Part shown: positions 17,975 through 28,400 of the stretch, piece after piece
Layout: each line of letters starts with the position of its first letter
How positions within the stretch are numbered: position 1 is the first letter of the stretch
IMG/VR virus record: IMGVR_UViG_3300031159_000070
Coordinates: 64,001 to 128,000 of that record
DNA length: 64,000 nt
Strand: one strand, 5' to 3'
From: a virus
Made by a program: the position numbers and the translations under genes
Notes under the pieces: model-generated
What the model was told of the DNA's origin: nothing
Database searches by the model: none
The model's input: the letters and a program-made list of their open reading frames with translations, nothing else

Positions 17975-19650
17975 TGCCAGAGAATCGCAGCGCCTACGCC
18001 AGGGATCTTCTGCGGTCCATGACTGCCGAGACCCCGAAGACGTCCGTCGTGCGCATTTCCAGTCCACCACGTGCCGAGCTCACCCCCCAAGACTACGTCG
18101 AGGCCGCACGCCGCAAGCGCGCACAGCGCGAGGCGATGGAAGTGCTCAATGCGGCGCGCAGCCGCGGCATCACCCCGGTCATGCGCGAGGCCAAGGACGC
18201 CAAGCGCGAGGCGTTCTCGACCACTGCTATGAACGTCAAGCCGGGACCAACTCGTGTCTGGGTCGAAGGCTTCAGGCGCAAGGACGGCACCCGGGTCGAA
18301 GGTCACTGGCGCACCAACCCCAGCCCGGCAAAGCCGCCTCAGCCCAAGACGCATCCCATGGCGCGGCCGAAGTCCGCTTCAGCGCCCGGCGAGAAAGAGA
18401 TCGCCGATATGTCGCTCATCGACATGGCCTCGCCGACCGGTGCCGTTCTGGTCGGAGCCGCTGCCATCAAGGCGCTCTACGACGGCTACAAGACGGTCAA
18501 GGCTTATACCGACGCCATTCGCGGCAAACGCCCGCTCACCTACACGATCCGCCCGGACGGCACTGTCGCGCCATACTCGGATCAAGCGGCAGAAGCCGGA
18601 AAGGTGCTCGCCGAGATCGCGGTCACAAAAGGCCTGCCAGCAGCCGTGGCGCGCTCTGCAGTACGCGGCATAGCACGCGACCGCCTCAACACCTTCATCG
18701 GCCCGGAAGGTGCGGAAAACCTCGCCAAGGCTGGGCTGCGTCATCCGGATGACTGGGGCGGCATCAACCGGCTCGCTGCCGCCAAGCAAGCCTGGGGCAA
18801 GGGCAAGGGCGATGAAGAGGTCTGGCGCGAGTTCGGCTGGACCAGAGCCAATACCTGGGGGCCGTGGAACCAGGGCGATCAGCCGGCCACAGTCATTGCG
18901 GATAATCGCGTCGCCCTGAAGCCGTTGAGTCCCGGCCAGCATGGCGGATCGCTCAAGGATTTCATTGATGCGGATGAGCTGTTCGTCGCGGAACCCAGGT
19001 CAGCGATGGTGCCAACCGTCGTCACCATCAGGGAAGGGTTGACGCATGGTGGCGCGACACGCCCCTACGAGTCAGGCCAGCCCAAGAAGCCAGAAAAGTG
19101 GCCTCGTATGTCATCGCGGCAGCGGGCGATGTGGCTTGATGCCAATCGGCCGCGCCTTCTTCCACGGGATATCGATGTCACGGCTCCTGTCGCCGATCGC
19201 AATCTGCTGGAAACGCTGATGCACGAGACTCAGCACACCGTGCAGATGTTCCAGAATGTCCCGACCGTTCACATGGAGATGCTGGGGTACATGCTGCATG
19301 GCACCGAGGCACAGCGTTTGCTGGCTTTACGCGTGCGCGATGTCGAGAACCAACTCCTCGCCATCAAGGCTTCGCCGCAACCCGACTGGGAACAGATCTT
19401 CAAGCTGAATGAATTGCTGTCCGACCTGAAATGGCGGATGGACAGATCTGCAACGCACGCGCGCTATCTGGACGTCCCTTGGGAGCGGCAGGCGCGCGAA
19501 GGGCACCTGCGGCGGCGCATGACGCTCGAGGAAAACCGCGAGGTGGTGCCCGGCAAGATGGACGTCTACGCGCCGGAAGCTTTTCCGGGATTGGATTATG
19601 CCGGCACCTGGGGGCTCCCGCCGTCAGCCTTCAGGCCTCCGAAGAAGTAG
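17974..19650 (+). CDS. putative head-cargo polyvalent protein B (LPD23-like plus HExxH metallopeptidase)
   Basis: EEVWREFGW, LMHETQHTVQ, YLDVPWERQAR; N-terminus paralogous to the previous gene. Confidence 0.72.
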   Translation: MPENRSAYARDLLRSMTAETPKTSVVRISSPPRAELTPQDYVEAARRKRAQREAMEVLNAARSRGITPVMREAKDAKREAFSTTAMNVKPGPTRVWVEGFRRKDGTRVEGHWRTNPSPAKPPQPKTHPMARPKSASAPGEKEIADMSLIDMASPTGAVLVGAAAIKALYDGYKTVKAYTDAIRGKRPLTYTIRPDGTVAPYSDQAAEAGKVLAEIAVTKGLPAAVARSAVRGIARDRLNTFIGPEGAENLAKAGLRHPDDWGGINRLAAAKQAWGKGKGDEEVWREFGWTRANTWGPWNQGDQPATVIADNRVALKPLSPGQHGGSLKDFIDADELFVAEPRSAMVPTVVTIREGLTHGGATRPYESGQPKKPEKWPRMSSRQRAMWLDANRPRLLPRDIDVTAPVADRNLLETLMHETQHTVQMFQNVPTVHMEMLGYMLHGTEAQRLLALRVRDVENQLLAIKASPQPDWEQIFKLNELLSDLKWRMDRSATHARYLDVPWERQAREGHLRRRMTLEENREVVPGKMDVYAPEAFPGLDYAGTWGLPPSAFRPPKK

Positions 19651-20056
19651 GGGCGAGCCATGCTGCCCGCCAGGCCTCGTTCCAGCCCGGTGGGCTGATA
19701 TCGTCGTCATCGTCGAAGTCCACCGGTGGATCGGCGATGACCCGGCCTTCGACCCGTCCCACACGACCGAAGCGCCGGCGCATGACAAGGCGTTTGCTTT
19801 CTCCGTCGAGCTCATCACCGATCGTTACCCAGCCGAGCGCGACGGCGCAGTCTAAGCCAATGCCGAGCCCCTGCAGGTCCTCGCCGCGCCGGAAAAAGCG
19901 CTTCACCCCGTTCGGCCACGCGTGCGGAGCAACCGCGCACGTCTGCTCGTCAAGATAAGCCCAGCGCCAGCTCTTCTGCCACCAGACAGCGACCTTGCCG
20001 GCGTAGAGATCGAGGTCCCAGGCACTCGCGCGGACGATGTGTTCGTGAGTGAGCAT
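19631..20056 (-). CDS. hypothetical Trp-rich protein, opposite strand
   Basis: Fills the gap between two plus-strand genes; weak RBS. Confidence 0.45.
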   Translation of the reverse strand: MLTHEHIVRASAWDLDLYAGKVAVWWQKSWRWAYLDEQTCAVAPHAWPNGVKRFFRRGEDLQGLGIGLDCAVALGWVTIGDELDGESKRLVMRRRFGRVGRVEGRVIADPPVDFDDDDDISPPGWNEAWRAAWLAPTSSEA

Positions 20057-20170
20057 TCCGAGTCTCGTGCGGCAACCAGCCGTTCTTACCGACTTTGCAC
20101 TGAATTTGCCGGACGTCGAGGCGTCCATCAAGGCTGGCTCGATCCTGGTCGGGCCTTCACGGAGATCGTC

Positions 20171-21115
20171 ATGCCTGAAATCACGGACGACAGAACGCGT
20201 TATCGCAAGGCGCTCGTGCACGTGATGGCGGAAGCCGCCCGCGGCGCGACCATCCTGAACGTATGGGCGCCGCCCACCACTCCGCCGCCAGCACGCGTGG
20301 CGCTGGGCGTCCTCGGCGGAGCTGGGATGGGGGGAATTGCAGCCATGGGTGTCATCTGGCGCGGCGCAAGCGGCGAAGAGCTGACGCCGCCGCTGCGCTT
20401 CTCACCTATCGAGCGCATTCTCGGCGAGGCGGCAGCAAGCGGCGGCACCGGCTTCGTCATGGCGGCCGGCATCACCCGCAGCCTCGCCAGATCATCCGTC
20501 ATCGGCGGGCGCATCGCTATGGCGACGGCCGCCGGTGCTGCTGCCGCCGAAACGGTGCGTGCGCTCGATGACGTGATCGCGCGTGGTCGCGTCATGGATG
20601 AAGCGGCCGAAACGCTCCAGGAGTTGAAAGAGAAAACCGAGGAGCGTCTTGACCGAGTCCGTGAACTGATCAACGAGCGCATCGAGGAAATCGCCCCCGA
20701 CATACCGAAATTGCCGGCAATTTCCGAAATGCCGGTCTTCGACTTCATCTCGCGTCAGGTCGCGAAGTTTCGTGAGCGCAAGGCAATCGAAGACAAGAAC
20801 GTGGCCCGCGTCACTGGCAATACCGAGGCCAAGCGCGAAGCCACGGAGAAGGTCCAGAGAGTCTTTGGTCTCGGCCGCGAGATCAAGGGCGCCGAGCTTG
20901 AGGCGCTTCTAGAGGCAAGTGACCGCGCTCGTGAGGTCGCTCGCGCCCTAATGCGCAAAGCCCAGCCAGCCCCGGCGCCAAAGGTGCTGCAGCTCAAGAG
21001 CGAAGTGCCGACGCGAAAGCAGGTCTCAAACGTCAAGGGTTTCTGGCGCACGCGGACGTCGCCCGATGGCCGCAAGATCCGTGAGTACGTTCGCCCGCAT
21101 AGCCGGAAAATTTGA
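20171..21115 (+). CDS. putative head-cargo protein C
   Basis: GGAG RBS; MPEITDDRTRYRKALVHVM; Gly/Ala hydrophobic segments, coiled coil; C-terminal VKGFWRTRTSPDGRKIREYVRPHSR. Confidence 0.7.
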   Translation: MPEITDDRTRYRKALVHVMAEAARGATILNVWAPPTTPPPARVALGVLGGAGMGGIAAMGVIWRGASGEELTPPLRFSPIERILGEAAASGGTGFVMAAGITRSLARSSVIGGRIAMATAAGAAAAETVRALDDVIARGRVMDEAAETLQELKEKTEERLDRVRELINERIEEIAPDIPKLPAISEMPVFDFISRQVAKFRERKAIEDKNVARVTGNTEAKREATEKVQRVFGLGREIKGAELEALLEASDRAREVARALMRKAQPAPAPKVLQLKSEVPTRKQVSNVKGFWRTRTSPDGRKIREYVRPHSRKI

Positions 21116-21138
21116 TCTTCATCAGAAAGGATAAGGTC

Positions 21139-22029
21139 ATGCCAAAGCGTCGGAAGCCTGGTCAGGATCATCGCAGAAGCTATCTCGATATCCTGAAGAG
21201 CGCCGCGCGCAGCGTGCAGAAGGAGATCGACGAGAATCTCGAGGAAGCCAAGCGTTTCGCGCGTCAAGTCGAGACAGAAGCCAAGCGGCGCATCCTGCTC
21301 ACCATCGTGCAGGACAACGGCAACCTGCAGGCCAAGGCGCTGCGATTCGCCGCCGACAAAGCGCCCATCCAGACGTTCGACGTCATCACCACCATGGCCT
21401 TGCGAAATCCCGAGGGTGTTGCATGGTTCCTCTTCGGGCCAGAGGCTGCACAAAAGGTTACCAAAGGGCTGAAGTTCGCCGATGACCTGAAGCGGTCGAT
21501 CCGTGCACAGTTCCCTGGCTCCAAGCGCACTGAGGAGTCGATCAGACGCCAGAAAGAATTGCAGCAGCGGATGCGCGAGCGGGCGAGGGCGCGCGCTGAG
21601 CAGGAGGCGCTCGCCATCAAGCCGAAGCCCGGGGAGCTTGCCGGCGAACGGCTTGAGCGTCTGTTGCGGGAAAGCGATGAGCGCAGAGAGCGCGCCTTGC
21701 GCGAAAGAGGCGAGCTCCCACGGCGAACATCTGACAGCCTGACCACATCTCGCGATGCCAGCGTCGCTTTTGTTCAAGATGCCGTTGCGGTGCAGGCGGC
21801 CAAAAACCGGCAACGTCGTGCGCTCGAGCAGAAGAACGCACTGCGTGTGAGCGGTGCTGACCCGGAAAAGATCCGTGCTGCCAATCAGGCGTTTCGCGAT
21901 GCCATCGCAGCCGTGCGCCGGCAGCGGGAAGATGAGCGGGAAGAGACCAACAGCCGCGGCGACATCAAGGTCAGGAGCTATGTGCGCTCCGACGGCACTC
22001 GCGTGCGCGCCTTCCGCCGGTCGAGGTGA
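21139..22029 (+). CDS. putative head-cargo protein D
   Basis: Basic coiled-coil protein ending IKVRSYVRSDGTRVRAFRRSR. Confidence 0.7.
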   Translation: MPKRRKPGQDHRRSYLDILKSAARSVQKEIDENLEEAKRFARQVETEAKRRILLTIVQDNGNLQAKALRFAADKAPIQTFDVITTMALRNPEGVAWFLFGPEAAQKVTKGLKFADDLKRSIRAQFPGSKRTEESIRRQKELQQRMRERARARAEQEALAIKPKPGELAGERLERLLRESDERRERALRERGELPRRTSDSLTTSRDASVAFVQDAVAVQAAKNRQRRALEQKNALRVSGADPEKIRAANQAFRDAIAAVRRQREDEREETNSRGDIKVRSYVRSDGTRVRAFRRSR

Positions 22030-22032
22030 TTC

Positions 22033-22443
22033 ATGAGCAGCAATATCATCGGCGATGTCGCTCGGCGTGAGAAGCTGCGCAGGGAAATCGAACACGGCGC
22101 CGAAACCCAGCGCCAGCTCGTCAACTCTCTCTCGCCCATCGATCGCGCGCGCCGCGCACGCCTTGATCCTGATGCAGTGAAGGGTCGTTTTCTCGATCGC
22201 TCTGCGCTTTCCGCCTACGGACACCAGGAGCAGCAGGGCAGGGATGATCCGCTGGCGTCCTATGGCCATTCCCATCAGCAGCAGCTCGGAATCGTGAACG
22301 ATCAGGTCGCCGTTCTGAAAAATCGCCTCGCACAGTCCGACGAAGATGCCGAGCGCGCCGAGTGGCAAAAGCAACAGCGCGTTTCGGCGCCCGATCCTGA
22401 GACGATCGATCCGCGGGGGCTTGCAAACCGTAAGGACGCCTGA
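22033..22443 (+). CDS. hypothetical protein
   Basis: 136 aa, GAGGTG RBS, directly before MuF. Confidence 0.7.
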   Translation: MSSNIIGDVARREKLRREIEHGAETQRQLVNSLSPIDRARRARLDPDAVKGRFLDRSALSAYGHQEQQGRDDPLASYGHSHQQQLGIVNDQVAVLKNRLAQSDEDAERAEWQKQQRVSAPDPETIDPRGLANRKDA

Positions 22444-22451
22444 GTTCCTGC

Positions 22452-25400
22452 ATGCCGGATACTCGCCTCGACGAGCTCGTCAAGCACCGCATCGGGCTTG
22501 AGAGATACCAGACGAGCATTTTGCGCCAGGTCATCCCTGTGCTGCACGACGCTGAACAGGATCTCGTGCAGATCATTCGCGAGAAGCTGTTCGATCCGCG
22601 TCTTACGCTGTCGGAGGCCCGTCGCCTCGAGACCACGCTGCGCATGGTGCGCAAAGCGCAGCTCGAGGCCTACGAAGTCATCTTCAAGCGACTGTGGAGC
22701 GAGTACCGCGGTCTGTCCGCCCATGAGGCAGACTGGGCGAAAAGCTACTATCGCGATCTGTTCGCCGTCCAGCACAGCATCGAGGTGCCTTCGGCATCCA
22801 TGCTTGTCGCCGCGGCTTTGGAGCGGCCGATGTCCGGCCGCCATCTCAAGGCCTGGGCCGACAAAATGACCGCCGAGCACATTGCCGAGGTCGAGCGGCA
22901 GATCAGGCTTGGCGTCATTGAAGGCGAGTCCATCGATCAGATGGTGCGCCGGCTCCGTGGCACCGAGGCCTTCCGGTTTCGCGATGGCGTGACGGCAAAG
23001 CAAAGGCGCAGTCTCGAGGCTCTGGTCCGCACGTCCGTCAACCACATCACGAACGCAGCGCATCTGAGCTTTCTGCAGCAGAACCCCGAGGTCTTCAAGA
23101 AAGTCCAGTTCGTTGCGGTGCTCGACAACCGCACGACGCCGCGCTGCCGGTCGCTCTCAGGCCAGATCTTCGACGTCGATAAGGCGCCCGTCCCTCCCTT
23201 GCACGTCAACTGCCGTTCGACGCTGGTCGGGCTGCCGACGGCGCCGGACGGCACACCGGCTGCTGAGCCGCTGGCCGATGTCTCATACGAGGAATGGCTT
23301 CGCGAGCAGCCGGTTGCGGTCCAGGAAGATGTGCTGGGCGTCGCCAAGGCCAAGCTCTTCCGCATCGGCGATCTCAAGCTCGATCGCTTTGTCGACCACA
23401 CCGGCAAGGAGCTGACCCTCGATCAGCTGAAGCGTCAGGAGCGTGCCGCCTGGGAGCGTACGTTTCTGACCGCCGAAGATCGCCGCGCAATGTCCGTCAT
23501 CCGACGCGTCAACAGCCTCGTCAACCGCGCGCCAGAGGACCTGAGGCCGCTGGCAGAGATCGGTCAGCGCGCCTGGCAGTTCCTGCGCTTTCATTCCAGT
23601 CAGTGGCTCGAGGCTGTCGCGACCCAATGGAGCCGGCCGGTTGATCCTGAGCTCGTCAGCCTCGTGTTCCTGCTCGATTTCTTCGATGGGCCGGTAACCG
23701 TCCAGCTCTACCGCTCATCGGCGTTCTGGCGCTCGATCATCCGCCGGGGATTGCGGCCGCGGCCGGCTCTTGTCTACCCTCATACCCGCATGCCGCGCGG
23801 GCTCATCGTGCATCCGACCGTGCGGCGTGTGCGCGGCGAGCTGTTCCCGCCGCCAGGTCGCTCACGCTCTCCGGTGCCCGTCGGTCCACGGCCGCGGCCG
23901 GGCGAAGGCATCATCATCGACATCGATCCGACCCGTCCACCGCAGCCACCGACACCCAGGCCGATCGTTCCGCCCCGCCGGCCTGACAGCATCATTATCC
24001 CTCCGGGCCGCAGAGGGCCTGCAACACGACGGCCGCCTGCCGACATGCCGGTGCCACCACCGCGCGCGCCGGTGCCGACGGAGCGCCTGCCGCACGTCAT
24101 GCGCGTCATCCCCGACAAGGGCGCCGAGGCGATCATCCCGAAGATCGCCGATGACGTGCAGTCGCTGCCGCCGCCGAGCCCGGTGCGCGTTCTGCCCTCG
24201 CCACAGCCAAGCCAGCTGCCGGCAAGAGTTCCGGCGCTCACCAACAATCTTCCGGCACCCAAGAATCCGCTGCGCATCACGGTGCCTGAGCTCGAGGCCG
24301 AGCTCGATCGTCTGCTGCCCAAGGAAGGCGCTCGCTTCAATGTCGAGGATGCGTTGCGCAATCTCTGGAACGCGTTCAAGCAGCGCGGGCACGATGGCTT
24401 CGAGATCCTCGACAGCCAAGGCGTGCCGCGGGTCAGGATCGGCATCAACGAGGATCAGCTCACCACGTTTCTCGACCGCTGGCGCGCGGCGCGTGCCGCC
24501 TTCGACCAAGCTCAGCGCCCGCTGCTGCCGGCTCCACCCGCACGTCCTGCGTTGCCCGGGGCAGCACGTGTCGCCGATCGGATCGAGGTGCGGCCGGGTG
24601 CGCAGGCGCCGAATGTCATTCATCTGCCCTATCGCCCGCCACCGCACCCATTGCCGCCCCACGGCGTACCAGGCGATCTTGCGGCTGTGGCCAAGAACCA
24701 GCTTGGCAATGGTATCAGAGCCATCGAGGATCTGCCCAAGCCACGCGCGCGTCGCCGCGTGCCGCTTGCGCCCCGCATTGCCGCGCGCCGCGCGCGCGAG
24801 GCAGAGGCGCGCCGGCTTGTCGCCGAACAGCAGATCCGCGATCTGCTTGCCGAGCTCAATGAGATCAACGCCGGGCTGGAAGGCCTGCGTCCGATCTCAC
24901 GCCAGCTGCAGGCGCGTGCCGACGTGCTGCAACGACTCACCTTGCAGAACAGGCTCGAAACGGACGTCACGGTCTATCGCCCCGTCCGCTGGGCGAACTT
25001 CGCCGAGCGTATGGGCCCGTCTCCGGCGCGACTCGATAAGGTCATCTTCGAGTCTCCGTCGTTCCTGAGCGGCACCGGGAACGAGATCACTGCCTTCGAG
25101 GCAGGTGCTCGCTTCGGCAAAGGGCCGCTTGTCGTCATGCGCATCAACCTCAAGAAGGGCGACGTCGCCCTGGCAGGCAACCGTGAGGCGCATGAGCTGG
25201 TGCTGCCGGCAGGCTCCCGCCTCAAGGTGACGGCGGTGCGCCGCATGCGCGCTTCCGAGATTCCGGCCGATCTGCGCAATCTCTACCCGCAGAACCAGGA
25301 GTTCTGGCTGGCTGACATCGAGATGGTGCGGCCAGGAGATCCGGTCGACCGTGCCATCACGGCCGCCCGCACGACCCAGCAGCGTTACGTCGACCGCATG

Positions 25401-28400
25401 CTGCGCACGCCGCTCGACAACGAGGCCGAGCAGGCCATGCGGCGCACGCCATACGCTCCGTTCCGTCAGGTGGGTGAAGGCGTTGACGAGTGGCCGGTCT
25501 ACGATCCGTCGTCCGGCGAGATGCTGGTCGGTCCGCCGAAAGCCCATCCCATCATTGTCCTTGGCCGCGAGCAGCGTGCGATCGATCCGACGGATGCGGC
25601 ATCGGCTCCGCTGTTCCGTCGGGCGCTGGGCACGCTCATCAATCGGTCCGGCCGTGCTCAGCCGTTGACGAATGAGATCGCCAAAGAGGCTGAGGAGATC
25701 GGCAATCGCTACGTCAAAGGCTTTTCTCTCGAGCGGTTCCTGCGCCGGCTCGATGCCGGCAATCTCTCGAAAGCGGATCGCTTTCTGCCTGAGCCGCGCG
25801 CCGACATCGTGCGCAAGGTGCGCGAGCTGATCGATGTCGATATGGAGCAATTCGGCGATGCCGCCGGGCCGCTCGGGCATGCGCTGCTGAAGAAGGATCC
25901 GGTGGCGTTCGCGCGCATGGTCTCGCAGCTGTCGGACGCGCGCATGAGCCAATACTTCCTCGACCGCGGCTATGATGCGACGCGCGCCGCAGTGGAGGGC
26001 GCGGAGCTCCAGCGTGGTGCCCGGCTGTTCGCTGAGCTGGTCGATGGCATCACCAAGGGCAAGGCGCGCGTCAAGTTCTACGACCTCGCCAACGTGGATG
26101 GAGCGCTCAGAACCTATCGTGGCAGAGAGCATCTGGCGCAGGCCTTTGAGGCTTGGTTCGCGCTGGAGTACAGCCCGAACCCGACCTGGCGCCGGATGAT
26201 CGATCACATGATGCCTGGGCTGGACGAGGTGATGCGTCGGGTGCTGAGGGCGCGCTCGCGCGAGGCGTTCCCGGACGTGTGGGCGCCGACGCTGCGCATG
26301 GCCCACAACCGGCGCATCGTGGCCGATCCGCGCGCCATCGATGTCGATCGTCTGACGTTTGAGCTGGAGGCGCCACCGGCCAGCATTGCCGCCGGCATAC
26401 GCGAGAGCGTGCGGCAGCGGTTCTATGACTACCTCGAGGGCGAAGGGTCGCTCGCCAAGCGCGTTCACAACCAGATCGCCAAGGACCTCGGTATCTCGCG
26501 GCAGGATGTCGAGGTGCTGATCCGTGAAGCGCAGCGCGCGGGCTGGGTCAGGGCTCAGGGTCGCGGCTTCCGCGTGGTGCCGGCCGACAGGCGTCCGCCG
26601 CGCCCCGTCGGCACGCCGGCCATCTCCCCGACGCAGCATCAGCGCGACCTATTCTACGACTATCTGGAAGGCAAGACCGGCGGCTCGGAGAAATCTCTCG
26701 GCTCGCTGAGCCAGGCTGCCTTGCGCGATCTGCAGCGCGAGATCGGCGCGACGCCGATACAGATGAGCCGCCTGACGTTTGAAGCGCAAGAGGTGGGCTG
26801 GCTCAAGCGCGATGCGCGCGGACAGCTCAGGCGCACATGGACCCGCGGTCTGGAGCGGACTGACAAGGCACCGCCGCCGCGGCCAAAGTCGCAAGATATC
26901 GAGCGGATCGAGGGGACACTTGGCACGCCTGCTGGTAGGATCGAACCGGCAGAGGCGCCGAAGCGACGGCGAGGTGACGATGGCGACTTTGGCGGAACTG
27001 GAGGCGCGGGAGAAGGACCTGCTGGGCCGGGCCCCCAAGGCGGAGGACTATCCGAACCCGGAGGCCTTCGCGGAAGCGAGAGCGAGCTGGATCCGAACAT
27101 ACGGGCCAGCGCTGAGGATCCTCCGCTCAGAAATCTCCCGACGCAGATCACAGTCCCGGGCCGCGGCAAGGTCACGTTCGGGCCGCTGAAGCAGGCGCGG
27201 CAAGCGGCAATCGACTACATGCGCGACGCGGGTCTGCCTTACAACCCGCCGCGCACCTACGTGAAAGTCGATCCGGCGCGTGCCAGGCGCATCGCCGAAG
27301 CCTATGAGGCGATGCCGCACAATCCCAACGATCCCGAGGTGAAGGCCGCCTTCAAGGCGATGATCGAGGAGACTCTGGCTCAGTATCAGTACATCAAGAA
27401 GACCGGTCTCAAGATCGAGATGATGGACCTCGATCAGCCCGACCCCTATGCCGCTTCGCCGCGGCTCGCTCATCTCGACGTCATCGAGAACAACCACCTC
27501 TGGGTCTATCCGACGGACGCCGGCTTCGGATCGAATGCCGATTTCGATGTCAGCGACAATCCGCTGATGCAGTTCACCGATGAGTACCTGAACGGCAAGC
27601 GCCTCAGGGCAAATGACGTGTTCCGCATCGTCCATGACTACTTCGGCCACTTCAAAGAGGGCGTCGGTTTCCGTGCAGATGGCGAGGAGAACGCGTGGCG
27701 CTCGCACAGCGCCATGTACTCGCCGCTCGCCCGGCGAGCGATGACGACGGAGACGCGCGGACAGAACTCCTGGGTCAACTTTGGCCCGCACGGTGAGAAG
27801 AACCGCACGGCCAAGGCCGAAGATACGATCTTCGCCGACCAGAAAACGGGCCTGCTCCCGCAATGGGTTGTTGACGAAGGCGCAGGCGATCCGCCGGACG
27901 TGACGCCCCCTGCGCAACCAGAGCCGACCCGAAACATTCTCGATCGGGCGCATCTCACAGAGCTTGTCCAGCGCATCGTCTCTGAAATGCGTGGTGTTCC
28001 GCTCGATCGCATCGCCCATCAGCGCCTCCCGGTGCGCACCGAGTCCGAACAGACGATGGTGAATGAGGTCTGGCGCCACGCCACGCTGTCGCCAGAGATC
28101 GAAAAGGTGATTTCAGGTGCCGAGTCCATCACGCTCTCTGAGCCGACCGACGGGCCCACCTACTACGATCCTGTGACGGGAACGCTTGAGATCGGCCGGC
28201 GCAATCCTTCGGCGCCTCAGGACCGGGTCTGGATCCGCCACGAGTTCGGCCACCACCTCGACCTGCCGATGACGCCGGACGGAACGGTGGTGCAGTATTC
28301 GGCCGCGCCAGAGTTCGGCCTGGCCAAAGCGATGCAGGCCGATCTCGAGCAGCTGGCGCGCAGCTACGCGCCTGATGCGAAGGTCGTCCTGCGTGCCGAG

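Noticed and set aside
20755-28079. Long minus-strand ORFs (539, 580 and 343 aa)
   Set aside because: Shadows of well-supported plus-strand genes; no motifs recognised.
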